64,000 bases of DNA from Terriglobia bacterium (GCA_963748015.1 CAVVHE010000009.1:160001-224000), one strand, 5' to 3'; counted from the stretch's first letter, positions 1 through 9,296 are shown. Translations and numbers: made by a program. Notes: generated by a model not told the origin, from the sequence alone.

Positions 1-2
1 AG

Positions 3-299
3 GACTGGCCTGGAAACGTGCGCGAGCTCGAGCAGTTCCTCTCCCGGGCCGTGCTCGTGTCCGCCGCTCCGACCCTCGACCGGGCCGCTTGCGAGCGGGT
101 GCGGGCGATGGACGCGGCCGGGGCCGGTCACGACCCGCTTCCGCCCGTAGGCTCGATGACGATGGACGAGGTCGAGAAGGCGATGATCGAGAAGGCCCTG
201 CGCCACCACGGCCGCAACATCAGCCGAGCCGCCGAATCCCTGGGACTCAGCCGGGCCGCGCTGTACCGCCGCCTCGAAAAGCACCGGATCGCGACGTGA
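3..299 (+). CDS. Sigma-54-dependent transcriptional activator (NtrC/AtoC family), C-terminal part; truncated by the window edge
   Basis: Frame reads DWPGNVRELEQFLSRA (end of the AAA+ domain), then a Fis-type HTH (NISRAAESLGLSRAALYRRLEKH); stop overlaps the next start (GTGA). Confidence 0.9.
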   Translation, partial: DWPGNVRELEQFLSRAVLVSAAPTLDRAACERVRAMDAAGAGHDPLPPVGSMTMDEVEKAMIEKALRHHGRNISRAAESLGLSRAALYRRLEKHRIAT

Positions 300-1609
300 C
301 GCTCAGGATCAGGTTCCTCGCCTATCTCGTCGTGCTGCACGTGGCCTTCGGGGCCTGCGCCGTGGTGTTCCTGCGCGACCGCCGCATCTGGCTCCTTGCC
401 GTCGAGGCGTTCTTCGTCGTTTCGCTGGCGGGGGGCGTTTACCTCGTGCGGTCGTACTTCGGGCCGCTGAAGCTGATCGAGAGCGGCGCGCGTTACCTGC
501 GAGACGGGGAGTTCACGACCCGCTTCCGGATGACCGGACAGGCGGACATGGATCGGCTGGTCCGTGTGTACAACCAGATGGTGGATCGCCTTCGCGAGGA
601 GCGGGTGCGCAACGAGGAGCAGGAGATGCTGCTGCGCAAGGTGCTCGCCGTGTCCCCGGGCGGCGTGATCACCCTCGACGTGGACGGCAGGGTGGACAGC
701 CTCAATCCGTCGGCCGAAGCGCTTCTCCAGACGACCGCCGACGCGATCGTCGGCAGGCGCATCGAGGTCCTCGACACCCCCTTCGCGCGTCGGCTGGCGG
801 AGATCCCGACCGACGAGTCGCGACTGCTGCAGCTGCGCGGCCGCCGCCGCGTGCGCTGCCAGGCGGCGACCTTCATGGACCGCGGCTTTCCCCGCCGCTT
901 CCTGATCCTGGACGAGCTGACCGAAGAGCTGCACCGGACCGAGAAGCACGCCTACGAGAAGCTGATCCGGATGATGAGCCACGAGGTGAACAACACGAGC
1001 GGCGCCGTTCAGTCGCTGTTGCAGTCCTGCTTGGCCTACCGAGGACAGCTTTCCGACGGAGATCGCGAGGACTTCGCGCGGGCGATCGAGGTGGCGATCC
1101 GGCGCACGGCGAACCTCGACGAGTTCATGCGCGGCTTCGCCAACGTGGTCCGCCTTCCGCGGCCAGTGCTGCGGCCGTCGAGCCCGTGGGAGATCGCGTC
1201 GCAGGTCGGTCTCCTGTTCCGCGACCGGTGCAGAGCCGCCGGGATCCGGTGGTACGAGGAGTTCGAGGCGGACCTCCCGCAGGTGAGCTGCGATCCGGTG
1301 CAGCTGGAGCAAGTGCTGGTCAACGTGATCAAGAACGCGGTCGAGGCGATCGAGGCTGCGGGTGAGCCGGGCGAGATCGTCGTCCGCGGCGGCCGGCAGG
1401 GGCGGCGCAGGTTCCTGTCGGTGGCCGACACGGGACCCGGTTTGTCTCCCGATGCGCAGGCGCAGCTCTTTACTCCCTTCCACACGACCCGCGAGAACGG
1501 CCAGGGGATCGGGCTGACGATGGTCCAGGAGATCCTGATCGCTCACGGCTTCGATTTCGCGCTGGAAAACCGCCCCACCGGCGGAGCCGAGTTCATCATC
1601 TTGTTCTGA
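296..1609 (+). CDS. Membrane sensor histidine kinase (2 TM, HAMP, PAS, HisKA, HATPase; NtrY-like)
   Basis: GTG start overlapping the upstream stop; H-box MMSHEVNN, N-box QVLVNVIKNAVEA, G1 DTGPG, F/G2 LFTPFHTTRENGQGIGL. Confidence 0.9.
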   Translation: MTLRIRFLAYLVVLHVAFGACAVVFLRDRRIWLLAVEAFFVVSLAGGVYLVRSYFGPLKLIESGARYLRDGEFTTRFRMTGQADMDRLVRVYNQMVDRLREERVRNEEQEMLLRKVLAVSPGGVITLDVDGRVDSLNPSAEALLQTTADAIVGRRIEVLDTPFARRLAEIPTDESRLLQLRGRRRVRCQAATFMDRGFPRRFLILDELTEELHRTEKHAYEKLIRMMSHEVNNTSGAVQSLLQSCLAYRGQLSDGDREDFARAIEVAIRRTANLDEFMRGFANVVRLPRPVLRPSSPWEIASQVGLLFRDRCRAAGIRWYEEFEADLPQVSCDPVQLEQVLVNVIKNAVEAIEAAGEPGEIVVRGGRQGRRRFLSVADTGPGLSPDAQAQLFTPFHTTRENGQGIGLTMVQEILIAHGFDFALENRPTGGAEFIILF

Positions 1610-1626
1610 GGTGGAACGCTCCGGAC

Positions 1627-1650
1627 CGTTCGCCTCCGGCGAACGCTCTT
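1627..1650 (+). terminator. Possible intrinsic terminator after the histidine kinase
   Basis: 8-bp stem CGTTCGCC-tcc-GGCGAACG followed by a weak pyrimidine tail (CTCTT). Confidence 0.4.
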
Positions 1651-1813
1651 GCCGATTCGAGTCCTGGTGGAGGCATTGCCCACAACTCCAAGTCAATGTC
1701 GCACTTGGCGACGAGCACGTCGCCCTCGTCCGGGCCAGACCGGCGGACCAGCAGTCCGCTGGTCGCGGTGCAGACAAGGGCGCAACTCAAAGAACGGCAG
1801 GCACTGCGACAGC

Positions 1814-1828
1814 TGGCACGTGCCGCGC
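1814..1828 (+). promoter_or_regulatory. Possible sigma-54 -24/-12 promoter
   Basis: TGGCACG-TGCC-GCGC: perfect -24 half and correct GG-N10-GC spacing, but a weak -12 half; lies next to a sigma-54 activator gene. Confidence 0.3.
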
Positions 1829-2025
1829 GAATGCGTGGAATCTGCGTCGAGTCGGGCACCTGACTCTGGCCGGCAACGGCGAGTCGAGGCGACCAGGGCC
1901 ATTCGAGAGCCCCAGCTACCACTACTGGACTGTGCCAGTTGACTCGGGAGTTATCCTTCGCGACGTATCGAAGTGCGAATTGTACGAAGGCAGGGTTCGT
2001 CGGAACGGGCGGAGGAAGCACGGAC

Positions 2026-2139
2026 ATGACGCGACGGATGCTCGGCGGTCTTGGCGTGGTTACCGTTCTGGTGGCGGGTCTGCTTCCTGCATTCTCGGGC
2101 GGGGCCGAGGAACAGGCGAGGGGCCCGGCACCGAGTTGA
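2026..2139 (+). CDS. 37-aa signal-peptide-like ORF (small protein or truncated gene)
   Basis: GGAGGA RBS; MTRRMLGGLGVVTVLVAGLLPAFSGGAEE resembles a Sec signal peptide but the ORF stops shortly after. Confidence 0.3.
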   Translation: MTRRMLGGLGVVTVLVAGLLPAFSGGAEEQARGPAPS

Positions 2140-2238
2140 AGTGCCAGGCCAAGTGAGGCTCCGCCCTTGGGGCGGGTGCCGAACTCGCCTGCGGTCTATC
2201 TCGGACGGTCGAGTTCACGAACGAGAGGAACGAGAGCC

Positions 2239-3279
2239 ATGGATCGAAACGCGCGTGTTACGGCCGGCTCCCGCAGGGCTGCGGCGATTCTGTTGCTCGG
2301 TGCGGTCCTTTCGGGTTGCGGCGCCCCCAGCGAGAAGGCTGCCGCGCCACGGGACCTGCAGTCGACGGCGCCCGAGTCCAGGGCTGGTTCGCGTGGGGCG
2401 GCCTCGACCGCGTCGCCAAGCCCGCTGGCGGGCACGGAGTGGCGCTTGGTGGAGATCCAGTCGATGGACGACGCGATCGGCACCTCCCGTCCGGACGACC
2501 CGGCCCGCTACACCATGCGCCTGAACGGCGACGGCACGGTCGCCATGCGACTCGACTGCAATTCCGCGAAGGGCACGTGGTCCGCCGAGGCCGGCCCCGA
2601 CCGCTTCAGCGGTCGCTTCGAGTTCGGTCCGCTCGCAGCCACCCGCGCCCTCTGCCCGCCTCCCCGTCTGGACGAGCGCATCGGTAAGGAAGCCCAGTTC
2701 GTCCGCTCCTACCTGATGAAGGACGGCCGGCTCTACTTGAGCCTCCTGGCCGATGGCGGGATCCAGGTGTGGGAGCCGCACGCCGAGGAGCCGTTCCAGA
2801 CCCAGCCCGATCCGAGCCTCGAGGCCGCCATCCTGCGGGAGTCGCCTTCCTACACCCGAGCGGTCGTCGACGTCGAGGGCAGCACCGGTAGAGGCCGCTA
2901 CGTCTATGGCCAAGTCGATCTGAACGGCGACGGCCGAGACGAGGTGTTCGTCTACCTCCTGGGTTCGTTCTTCTGCGGGACCGGCGGCTGCAATCTCCTG
3001 CTCTTCACCGATGCCCGGAGCGGGTACTCGCTGGTCAACGAGTTCTCGATCAGCCGTCTTCCGGTCATCGTCACGGCCGAAAGAACCAACGGCTGGAACG
3101 ACCTCATACGGCTGGAATCCGGCGGCGGGGCGAAGGCCTCGTACGTCCGGCACAGCTTCGACGGCAAGCGGTACGTCGAGCGGGAGCGCATGCCGGCAGA
3201 CGAGTCTCCCGAGGGCAAGAGTTACCTCGCCGGCGAGCTGACTTTCGAAAAGGGGATTCCCCTGGAGCCAGGGAAGTGA
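2239..3279 (+). CDS. Lipoprotein with META (HslJ-like) domain and a C-terminal domain of unknown function
   Basis: Lipobox VLSGC; META motifs LAGTEWRLVEI, LDCNSAKGTW, FGPLAATRALC; C-terminal DLNGDGRDE...FCGTGGC motif. Confidence 0.75.
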   Translation: MDRNARVTAGSRRAAAILLLGAVLSGCGAPSEKAAAPRDLQSTAPESRAGSRGAASTASPSPLAGTEWRLVEIQSMDDAIGTSRPDDPARYTMRLNGDGTVAMRLDCNSAKGTWSAEAGPDRFSGRFEFGPLAATRALCPPPRLDERIGKEAQFVRSYLMKDGRLYLSLLADGGIQVWEPHAEEPFQTQPDPSLEAAILRESPSYTRAVVDVEGSTGRGRYVYGQVDLNGDGRDEVFVYLLGSFFCGTGGCNLLLFTDARSGYSLVNEFSISRLPVIVTAERTNGWNDLIRLESGGGAKASYVRHSFDGKRYVERERMPADESPEGKSYLAGELTFEKGIPLEPGK

Positions 3280-3368
3280 TCGGCGAGCCTCTCCCGCGGC
3301 GTCCCCGTCAGCCGGGATGGGAGCCGACGCGAGAGGTCGAGTGCGCGAAACACGATCCCCGGCGGTGG

Positions 3369-4340
3369 ATGGCGATGGATTCCGTGATCCGCGTTCTCGT
3401 GGCGATCCTGCTGCTCGCGATGGCGCTGGCGATGCCGGTATCCGCCCGGGCGCAGCAGGAAACCACAGCCGAGGTCGGTCGCGTCATCGGGCGGGCCATC
3501 GCCGCGGGCGTCGTGCTGTCTTCGAACGACTTCGCCGCAGCGGGCAATTACGAGGTTGACGACGATGCCGCCTCGACCTTCAGGGTCTCGCACGTCGGAT
3601 ACCGGCGGTCATTTGAAAAAGAAGGAAGGCGGTCCAGCCCGTTCCTCGACGTATCGCTGGGGCGCGTCGTGGTCGATCAGCACCTCGACCTGGGAGGGCC
3701 GGTCCGCGACGACTCGCGCTTCGACACGAAGGGCGGCCGCGTTTTCGGGGGCGTTCGCATTCCGATCCACGCGTCCTGGTTCGTTCAGGCGGGCGCGGCG
3801 CTCGAATACAGTTGGGTCGAGAGCGATCTGACCTACCGCAGCCCGGAGACGGAGGCCCTGGCCCCGATCTACGATGGCATCCTGTTCAACTGGAGGGCAG
3901 AGGCGCTCACGACCATCGGGACGGCGATCTTCGGGTACCACCGTGAGGGAGGCGAGGACCGCCTCACCGCCGACGCAGGCATCCAGTGGCTAGGCCTGCG
4001 GACCGATCCCGTCAAGGTCGACGACCCGGTCCAGGACGTAACGGTCAGCTCCGACTACGAGCGGATCTACGCCGTGTTCGACGTGCCGACCGGCGCGTCC
4101 GCGTGGAAGCGGCCCCTTCGCGTCGTGCCTTCGATCGCGTGGACCCACCTGGGAAGCGCGCTTGCCGACCCGCTGGATTCGAACGACTTCACCGAGGTCG
4201 GGTGCACGCTTGCCGCGCTGATGCGCACCGGCGGGCGCAAGTTCCCCCTGGAGCGCATCGGATTCAGCGCCAGCTACACCCATGCCGACGCGTTCGACGG
4301 CTGGAGCTTCGGCGTCATCTTCTCCCGGTGGTTCCCGTGA
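3369..4340 (+). CDS. Outer-membrane beta-barrel protein, probably the solitary autotransporter beta-barrel family
   Basis: Signal peptide ending ARA|QQ, amphipathic beta strands, aromatic C-terminus (GWSFGVIFSRWFP); start could also be 3375. Confidence 0.6.
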   Translation: MAMDSVIRVLVAILLLAMALAMPVSARAQQETTAEVGRVIGRAIAAGVVLSSNDFAAAGNYEVDDDAASTFRVSHVGYRRSFEKEGRRSSPFLDVSLGRVVVDQHLDLGGPVRDDSRFDTKGGRVFGGVRIPIHASWFVQAGAALEYSWVESDLTYRSPETEALAPIYDGILFNWRAEALTTIGTAIFGYHREGGEDRLTADAGIQWLGLRTDPVKVDDPVQDVTVSSDYERIYAVFDVPTGASAWKRPLRVVPSIAWTHLGSALADPLDSNDFTEVGCTLAALMRTGGRKFPLERIGFSASYTHADAFDGWSFGVIFSRWFP

Positions 4341-4455
4341 GCCGTTCCGTGCCGAGCCCGGCAAGTCTCACCTGAATATCACGGAACAGAGGAACTCGAA
4401 GCAAACTCTACGCAACGGGATGGAAACGTCGAACACCGGCGGCAGCGGTGGGCAC

Positions 4456-4497
4456 AAGAAAGGGCGCCGATTCCGAAAAGGAAACCGGAACGCGCCC
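4456..4497 (-). terminator. Intrinsic terminator downstream of rubrerythrin
   Basis: Minus strand GGGCGC-GTTCCG...CGGAAT-CG-GCGCCC hairpin followed by TTTCTT. Confidence 0.5.
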
Positions 4498-4537
4498 CTC
4501 GGTGGCCGCGTAAACCGTCCGGTCGGAGGATCCGGGG

Positions 4538-5035
4538 CTACACCGTGACGTACTTCGTACCGAGCGCGCCGCAGATCGGGCAGGACGCGGGAGGGTGCCC
4601 GAACTCGATGTGCCCGCACACCGGGCACAGGTAGAACTTGGCCTCGGTAAGGTCCTCGCCCCGCTCGACCGCCTCGAGCGCCAGGGCGTAGAGCCGGGCG
4701 TGCACCTCCTCGGCCTTCACCGCGTAGCCGAACATCCGCTTGGCCTTGTGGCCGGCGGATTCCGCCTCACCGAGCATCGGCGGGTACATCTCGGTGAACT
4801 CGTGGGTCTCGCCGGCGATCGCGGCTCGCAGGTTCTCGGCGGTCGCCCCGACGACGCCCAGGGCGGCCGCGTGCCCCTCGGCGTGGATCCGCTCGGCCTC
4901 CGCGGTGGTCCGGAACAGCCGCGCGATGTTCGCGAAGCCTTCCTGCTCGGCCTTCTTCGCGAACGCCCTGTACTTCTGGAACGCCTGGCTCTCCCCCGCG
5001 AACGCCTCCTTCAGATTGTTCTCGGTGCTCGACAT
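4538..5035 (-). CDS. rbr: Rubrerythrin (diiron four-helix bundle plus rubredoxin-like domain)
   Basis: EAFAGESQA, EAERIHA, GETHE, EEVHA diiron ligands; C-terminal CPVCG...CPICG; AAGGAGG RBS. Confidence 0.95.
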   Translation of the reverse strand: MSSTENNLKEAFAGESQAFQKYRAFAKKAEQEGFANIARLFRTTAEAERIHAEGHAAALGVVGATAENLRAAIAGETHEFTEMYPPMLGEAESAGHKAKRMFGYAVKAEEVHARLYALALEAVERGEDLTEAKFYLCPVCGHIEFGHPPASCPICGALGTKYVTV

Positions 5036-5151
5036 GACGCCTCCTTTTCACCCGGATCCCGCACAGGGTGCCGCGATTCTCGGAGGGCATCCTAACCGAT
5101 CCCCACGTGAGACAATACGGGTACCGCGCGCGGCGCGCGCGAGGAGGACCC

Positions 5152-5859
5152 ATGAATCACGAACGGACACGGTTGCTCATCCTGGCGGGCTTGATGCTCG
5201 CGTTCGCCGCCGACGGCCTGGCCCAGACCACGCCGCCGCCCACCGTCAAGATCCCGGAGCCCGGCGTGCCCCAGATCATGACGATGGAGGGCCGGTTCGT
5301 CCGGGCGGCGTACAACAACGAGGGATACGTCATCCTCGGCTACCGGCTCGCGAACACCTCGATCGGCGGGCCGTGGCTGCTGCTCGAGGTCGGTGCCACC
5401 GTTCGAAGGGGCGTGCCGACCTACCAGCTGACCCGGGAGGCGATCTCGCTCGAAACGCCGGACGGCAAGACGATTCCCCTGGCGTCCAACGAGGCGTTCC
5501 GGGCGGCGAACCTCGCCGGCCTGCAGAAGCAGGCCGACATGATCCGCGACACGATCAACTACTTCCCGCCGGGCGCGAGTCACCAGTGCCGGATCGGGTT
5601 CTTCGCCGATGTGCAGGACCGCGGGCGCTCTTACGACCAGGTCGAGCTCAGCTCGGATCGGGCCTGCGTCGGCCGGCTCTACTTCCCGGTGGAGGGGGGA
5701 ATCCAGTACGGCCAGCACTGGCTCAACGTCAAGTTCGAGAAGACCCTCCTGCGCGTGCCCTTCCGGATCCTGACCAAGGACGAGGAGAAGTTCCTGGACA
5801 AGAACTACAAGAGCATCGAGCAGCAGGTGAAGGAGGCGTTCTCGCCGAAGAAGCCCTGA
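5152..5859 (+). CDS. Secreted hypothetical protein
   Basis: GAGGAGG RBS, signal peptide (GLA|QT), strong GC3 codon bias, two Cys; no family recognised. Confidence 0.8.
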   Translation: MNHERTRLLILAGLMLAFAADGLAQTTPPPTVKIPEPGVPQIMTMEGRFVRAAYNNEGYVILGYRLANTSIGGPWLLLEVGATVRRGVPTYQLTREAISLETPDGKTIPLASNEAFRAANLAGLQKQADMIRDTINYFPPGASHQCRIGFFADVQDRGRSYDQVELSSDRACVGRLYFPVEGGIQYGQHWLNVKFEKTLLRVPFRILTKDEEKFLDKNYKSIEQQVKEAFSPKKP

Positions 5860-5870
5860 CGAACGCGCCG

Positions 5871-5997
5871 GAAGGGGGGCGACACGATGGGCTATTTTCG
5901 GGAGTAGCTCGTCGACGTCCGGGCCCGGACGCCCCCGGTCTCGGAAACGAGACAACGAGGCCCCTTATTCATTCCGATCCGCCGCCCGCCCCCTTTC
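5871..5997 (+). other. Candidate structured RNA element in the intergenic leader of the M16 operon
   Basis: Three hairpin/palindrome elements (5885-5914, 5916-5931, 5938-5953 with GAAA loop) enclosed by a 10-bp stem 5871-5880/5988-5997. Confidence 0.3.
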
Positions 5998-6106
5998 GTT
6001 TCCCCCCCACCTGTGTCATCGTGCACCACCCATGACCCGCAGTTCCGCATGCCCGCGCGACCTTCCGGCCGCGAAGTCGTACCCGTCATCTTCCCGAGGA
6101 GGAACC

Positions 6107-7735
6107 ATGACACTGACCCGAGGCTGCGTGCTTGCCGCCCTGCTCCTGGCGGTGGCGCCCGTCGCGGCCCAAGACGTCCCGGTGGTGGAGCGCACCCTCT
6201 CCAACGGCATGCGCCTCGTGATGGTGGAGCGCCACGAGCAGCCCACCATCGCCTTCGGCTGGCTGGCGCGTGTCGGAAGCGCCAACGAGCGCCCCGGCAT
6301 GACCGGCATGGCGCACCTCTTCGAGCACATGATGTTCAAGGGGACGACGACGATCGGCACGCGCGACGCCCGCCGCGACGCCGAGCTGAACGTCCGGCAG
6401 GACGAGGTCCAGGTGAAGATCCGCGAGGAGATGTCGGTCCTGCGCGAGAAACAGCGCCGGGGCGAGATCGCGGACATGATGGACCCCAAGGCCCGCACGC
6501 CGCGGTTGCAGGAGGCGCTCGACGAGTTCGACCGCCTCGTGAAGGACCAGCGCGAGCTCATCGTCAAGGACGAGATGGACAAGATCTACACGCAGGCGGG
6601 GGGCACCGGCCTCAACGCGAGCACGAGCGAGGACCGGACCTTCTACATCGTGAGCCTCCCCTCGAACAAGCTCGAGCTGTGGATGTGGATCGAGTCCGAC
6701 CGGCTGGCGAACCCGGTGTTCCGCGAGTTCTACAGCGAGCGCAACGTGATCCTGGAGGAGCGCCGCCAGACCCTCGAGTCGCGTCCGGGCGGCACCGTGA
6801 ACGAGGCCTTCAACGCGATGACGTGGATGGCGAGCCCCTACCACTGGGAGGTCATCGGCTGGCCGAGCGACATCTCCCAGGTGACCCGGGAGCAGGCCAA
6901 CGAGTTCTTCGCGACCTACTACGCCCCCAACAACATCACCGCGATCCTCGTCGGCGACTTCAACCCCGACGCCGCCTACGCGATGGCCGAGAAGTACCTC
7001 GGCCGCATCCCGAAGAACCCGAAGGGCGTGCCCGAGGTGATCACGCTCGAGCCCAAGCAGCCGGCCGAGCAGCGCATGGTCGCCGAGGTGGAGACCACGC
7101 CGTCCCTGCAGGTCGCGTTCAAGACGGTACCGTCCGTGCACAAGGACGCCCCCGCCCTCCAGGCCCTCGCCGGCATCCTGGGCGGCACGCCGATGTTCAT
7201 GGGACGGCCCGGCGGGCCCGGCGGCGGCATGCGGCCGCCCACCGGCCGCCTCAACAAGGCGCTCGTGCTCGACCAGAAGGTCGCCACCAACGCGTCCGCG
7301 TCCGCGCGCGGGATGAAGATGGGCGGCACCTTCGAGTTCCGGGTGACGCCCACGCAGGGGAAGAGCCCCGCGGAGCTCGAGCCCGCGCTCCAGGCCGAGA
7401 TCGACAAGGTCATCAAGGACGGCGTCACCGACGACGAGCTCGAGCGCTTCAAGAAGGCGACCCTCGTCGGCCTCTACGGCAGACTCGAGACCAACACCGG
7501 CATCCGCGAGACCCTGTCCCAGTTCCTCACGGTGGGGACGGTCCAGGACTTCAAGGACTCCTTGCCGCGCGTCCAGGCCGTGACCCGCGAGGACGTGCAG
7601 CGCGTGGCGAAGCAGTACCTGGTCAAGGACGGCCGCAACGTGCTGACCACCACCCGGAAGGGAGGCGGCGGCAGGCCGCCCGAGGGCATGCGGGGGCCGC
7701 GCCCGCCCGCCGCGATCGAGAAGGAGGCGAAGTGA
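6107..7735 (+). CDS. M16B zinc peptidase, catalytic subunit (pitrilysin family)
   Basis: Signal peptide; HLFEHMMFKG inverted zinc motif; LNASTSEDRT; ERNVILEERR; GAGGAGG RBS. Confidence 0.92.
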   Translation: MTLTRGCVLAALLLAVAPVAAQDVPVVERTLSNGMRLVMVERHEQPTIAFGWLARVGSANERPGMTGMAHLFEHMMFKGTTTIGTRDARRDAELNVRQDEVQVKIREEMSVLREKQRRGEIADMMDPKARTPRLQEALDEFDRLVKDQRELIVKDEMDKIYTQAGGTGLNASTSEDRTFYIVSLPSNKLELWMWIESDRLANPVFREFYSERNVILEERRQTLESRPGGTVNEAFNAMTWMASPYHWEVIGWPSDISQVTREQANEFFATYYAPNNITAILVGDFNPDAAYAMAEKYLGRIPKNPKGVPEVITLEPKQPAEQRMVAEVETTPSLQVAFKTVPSVHKDAPALQALAGILGGTPMFMGRPGGPGGGMRPPTGRLNKALVLDQKVATNASASARGMKMGGTFEFRVTPTQGKSPAELEPALQAEIDKVIKDGVTDDELERFKKATLVGLYGRLETNTGIRETLSQFLTVGTVQDFKDSLPRVQAVTREDVQRVAKQYLVKDGRNVLTTTRKGGGGRPPEGMRGPRPPAAIEKEAK

Positions 7736-9216
7736 TGATCCGCCGAGTTGCGTTGACGATTCTCCTCGGGACGGCGACCGCCTTCGCCCAGACGATCCCC
7801 GACCGGCCGGAGAAGCTGCAGTTCTCGCCCATCAAGTTCGAGACGCCGCGGGCGAAGGAGTTCAAGGCCAAGCTGAAGAACGGCATCCCCGCCTACGTCG
7901 CGCCCAACGCCAAGGAGGGCACGCCCCTCGTGCGCGTCACCGTCTCCTGGCGGGGCGGCTCCTACCTCGACCCGAAGGGGAAGGAAGGCGTCGCCGCGCT
8001 CTTCGGCTCGCAGCTCGTGCAGGGCGGGACCGCGAAGCTCGAGTCCGCCAAGCTCGAGGACCGCCTCGAGGCCCTGGCCGCGACGCTCACCAGCTCCTGC
8101 ACGGACACGAGCTGCAACGTCTCCCTCCAGGTGCTGGACAAGGACCTGCCGGAAGGGCTCGACCTGATGATGCAGGCGCTCACGCAGCCCGCCTTCGCCC
8201 AGGAGCGCCTCGACCTCGCGAAGCGCCAGGCCCGCCAGCGGGTCAGCCGGCGCAACGACGACGTGACGTCGATCGCCAGCTACCAGATGGGGTACCTGCT
8301 CTTCGGCGAGAGCCACTTCGCGAGCGCCGGCGACACCGTCGCCAGCCTGGAAGGGATCACGCGCGACGACCTCCTGGCCTTCCACGCGCGCGAGCTGCAC
8401 CCGGGCAACATGATCGTGGCCGCCGCGGGGCAGTTCGACCGCAAGGCGATGATCGAGGCCCTCGACAAGACCCTCGGAACGCTCAAGCCCGGCAAGGACG
8501 CGCGGGTCAGCCCCGCCGTCCCCGCTCCCGACTTCCCCAGAACGCCCGGCATCTACGTCACCGACAAGGCGGACGCGCCGCAGGCCATGGTCCGCTGGTC
8601 GTTCCCCGGCATGCGTCGCACCGATCCCGACTGGTACGCCGCCTTCGTCACGAACCAGATCCTCGGCGGCCGCGGGTTCACGAGCCGGCTCATGAAGAAG
8701 ATCCGTTCCGACGAGGGGCTCACCTACGGCGTGTATTCCAACATCGAGCCGGGCACGTACTGGCGCGGCGACGTCAACGGGAGCCTCCAGACCAAGAACC
8801 GGTCGGTCGCCTACGCGCTGCGGCTCGCGCTCGGCGAGATCAAGAAGCTGAAGGAGCAGCCGGTCACGGAGGACGAGCTGCGCGTCAACAAGGAGGGGAT
8901 CGTCGAGGCGTTCCCCAGCCAGTGGGCCACGAGGCAGGCCGTCGCGAACCGCTTCGCGGACGAGGCGCGGGAGGGCTGGCCCGAGGACTGGTGGGCGAAC
9001 TACCGCGAGAAGATCCAGGCCGTCACCCCCGCCGACGTGCAGCGGATGGCGAAGAAGCTCTTCGACACCGAGAAGATGGTGATCCTCGTCGTGGGCAAGG
9101 CCTCGGAGATCGAGCCCGGCGACACGGACCACCCGGGCGCCCTCAAGGACGTGGCGCCGCTGCCGGAGAAGGCCGTGGCGCTCCGCGACCCGGCGACCCT
9201 CAAACCGATCCCGTGA
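7735..9216 (+). CDS. M16B peptidase, non-catalytic partner subunit
   Basis: TGATG coupling; signal peptide; no HxxEH (ALFGSQ instead); carries the R/Y motif SRLMKKIRSDEGLTYGV. Confidence 0.9.
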   Translation: MIRRVALTILLGTATAFAQTIPDRPEKLQFSPIKFETPRAKEFKAKLKNGIPAYVAPNAKEGTPLVRVTVSWRGGSYLDPKGKEGVAALFGSQLVQGGTAKLESAKLEDRLEALAATLTSSCTDTSCNVSLQVLDKDLPEGLDLMMQALTQPAFAQERLDLAKRQARQRVSRRNDDVTSIASYQMGYLLFGESHFASAGDTVASLEGITRDDLLAFHARELHPGNMIVAAAGQFDRKAMIEALDKTLGTLKPGKDARVSPAVPAPDFPRTPGIYVTDKADAPQAMVRWSFPGMRRTDPDWYAAFVTNQILGGRGFTSRLMKKIRSDEGLTYGVYSNIEPGTYWRGDVNGSLQTKNRSVAYALRLALGEIKKLKEQPVTEDELRVNKEGIVEAFPSQWATRQAVANRFADEAREGWPEDWWANYREKIQAVTPADVQRMAKKLFDTEKMVILVVGKASEIEPGDTDHPGALKDVAPLPEKAVALRDPATLKPIP

Positions 9217-9252
9217 AACGGAGCGACTCTACTGGCTGAAGAACTCCTCTGC

Positions 9253-9283
9253 CGCCCGAGTGCCTGCGTGAGGCGCTCGGGCG
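9253..9283. terminator. Hairpin between convergent genes (possible bidirectional terminator)
   Basis: 13-bp stem CGCCCGAGTGCCT-gcgtg-AGGCGCTCGGGCG; no U-tract. Confidence 0.45.
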
Positions 9284-9296
9284 AGCAGGTCATCCG

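Noticed and set aside
1632..1675. Complete tRNA gene
   Set aside because: GCCTCCG can pair with TGGAGGC, but there is no room for D and anticodon arms and the T-stem does not pair; kept only as a possible 3' fragment.
1611..2156. 181-aa ORF in the intergenic gap
   Set aside because: Atypical codon usage, no RBS and no recognisable motif.
6013..7734. Apparent N-terminal extension making a 1067-aa M16 protein
   Set aside because: Arg/Gly/Pro-rich off-frame read of the first M16 gene; the real start is the coupled ATG at 7735 with a signal peptide.
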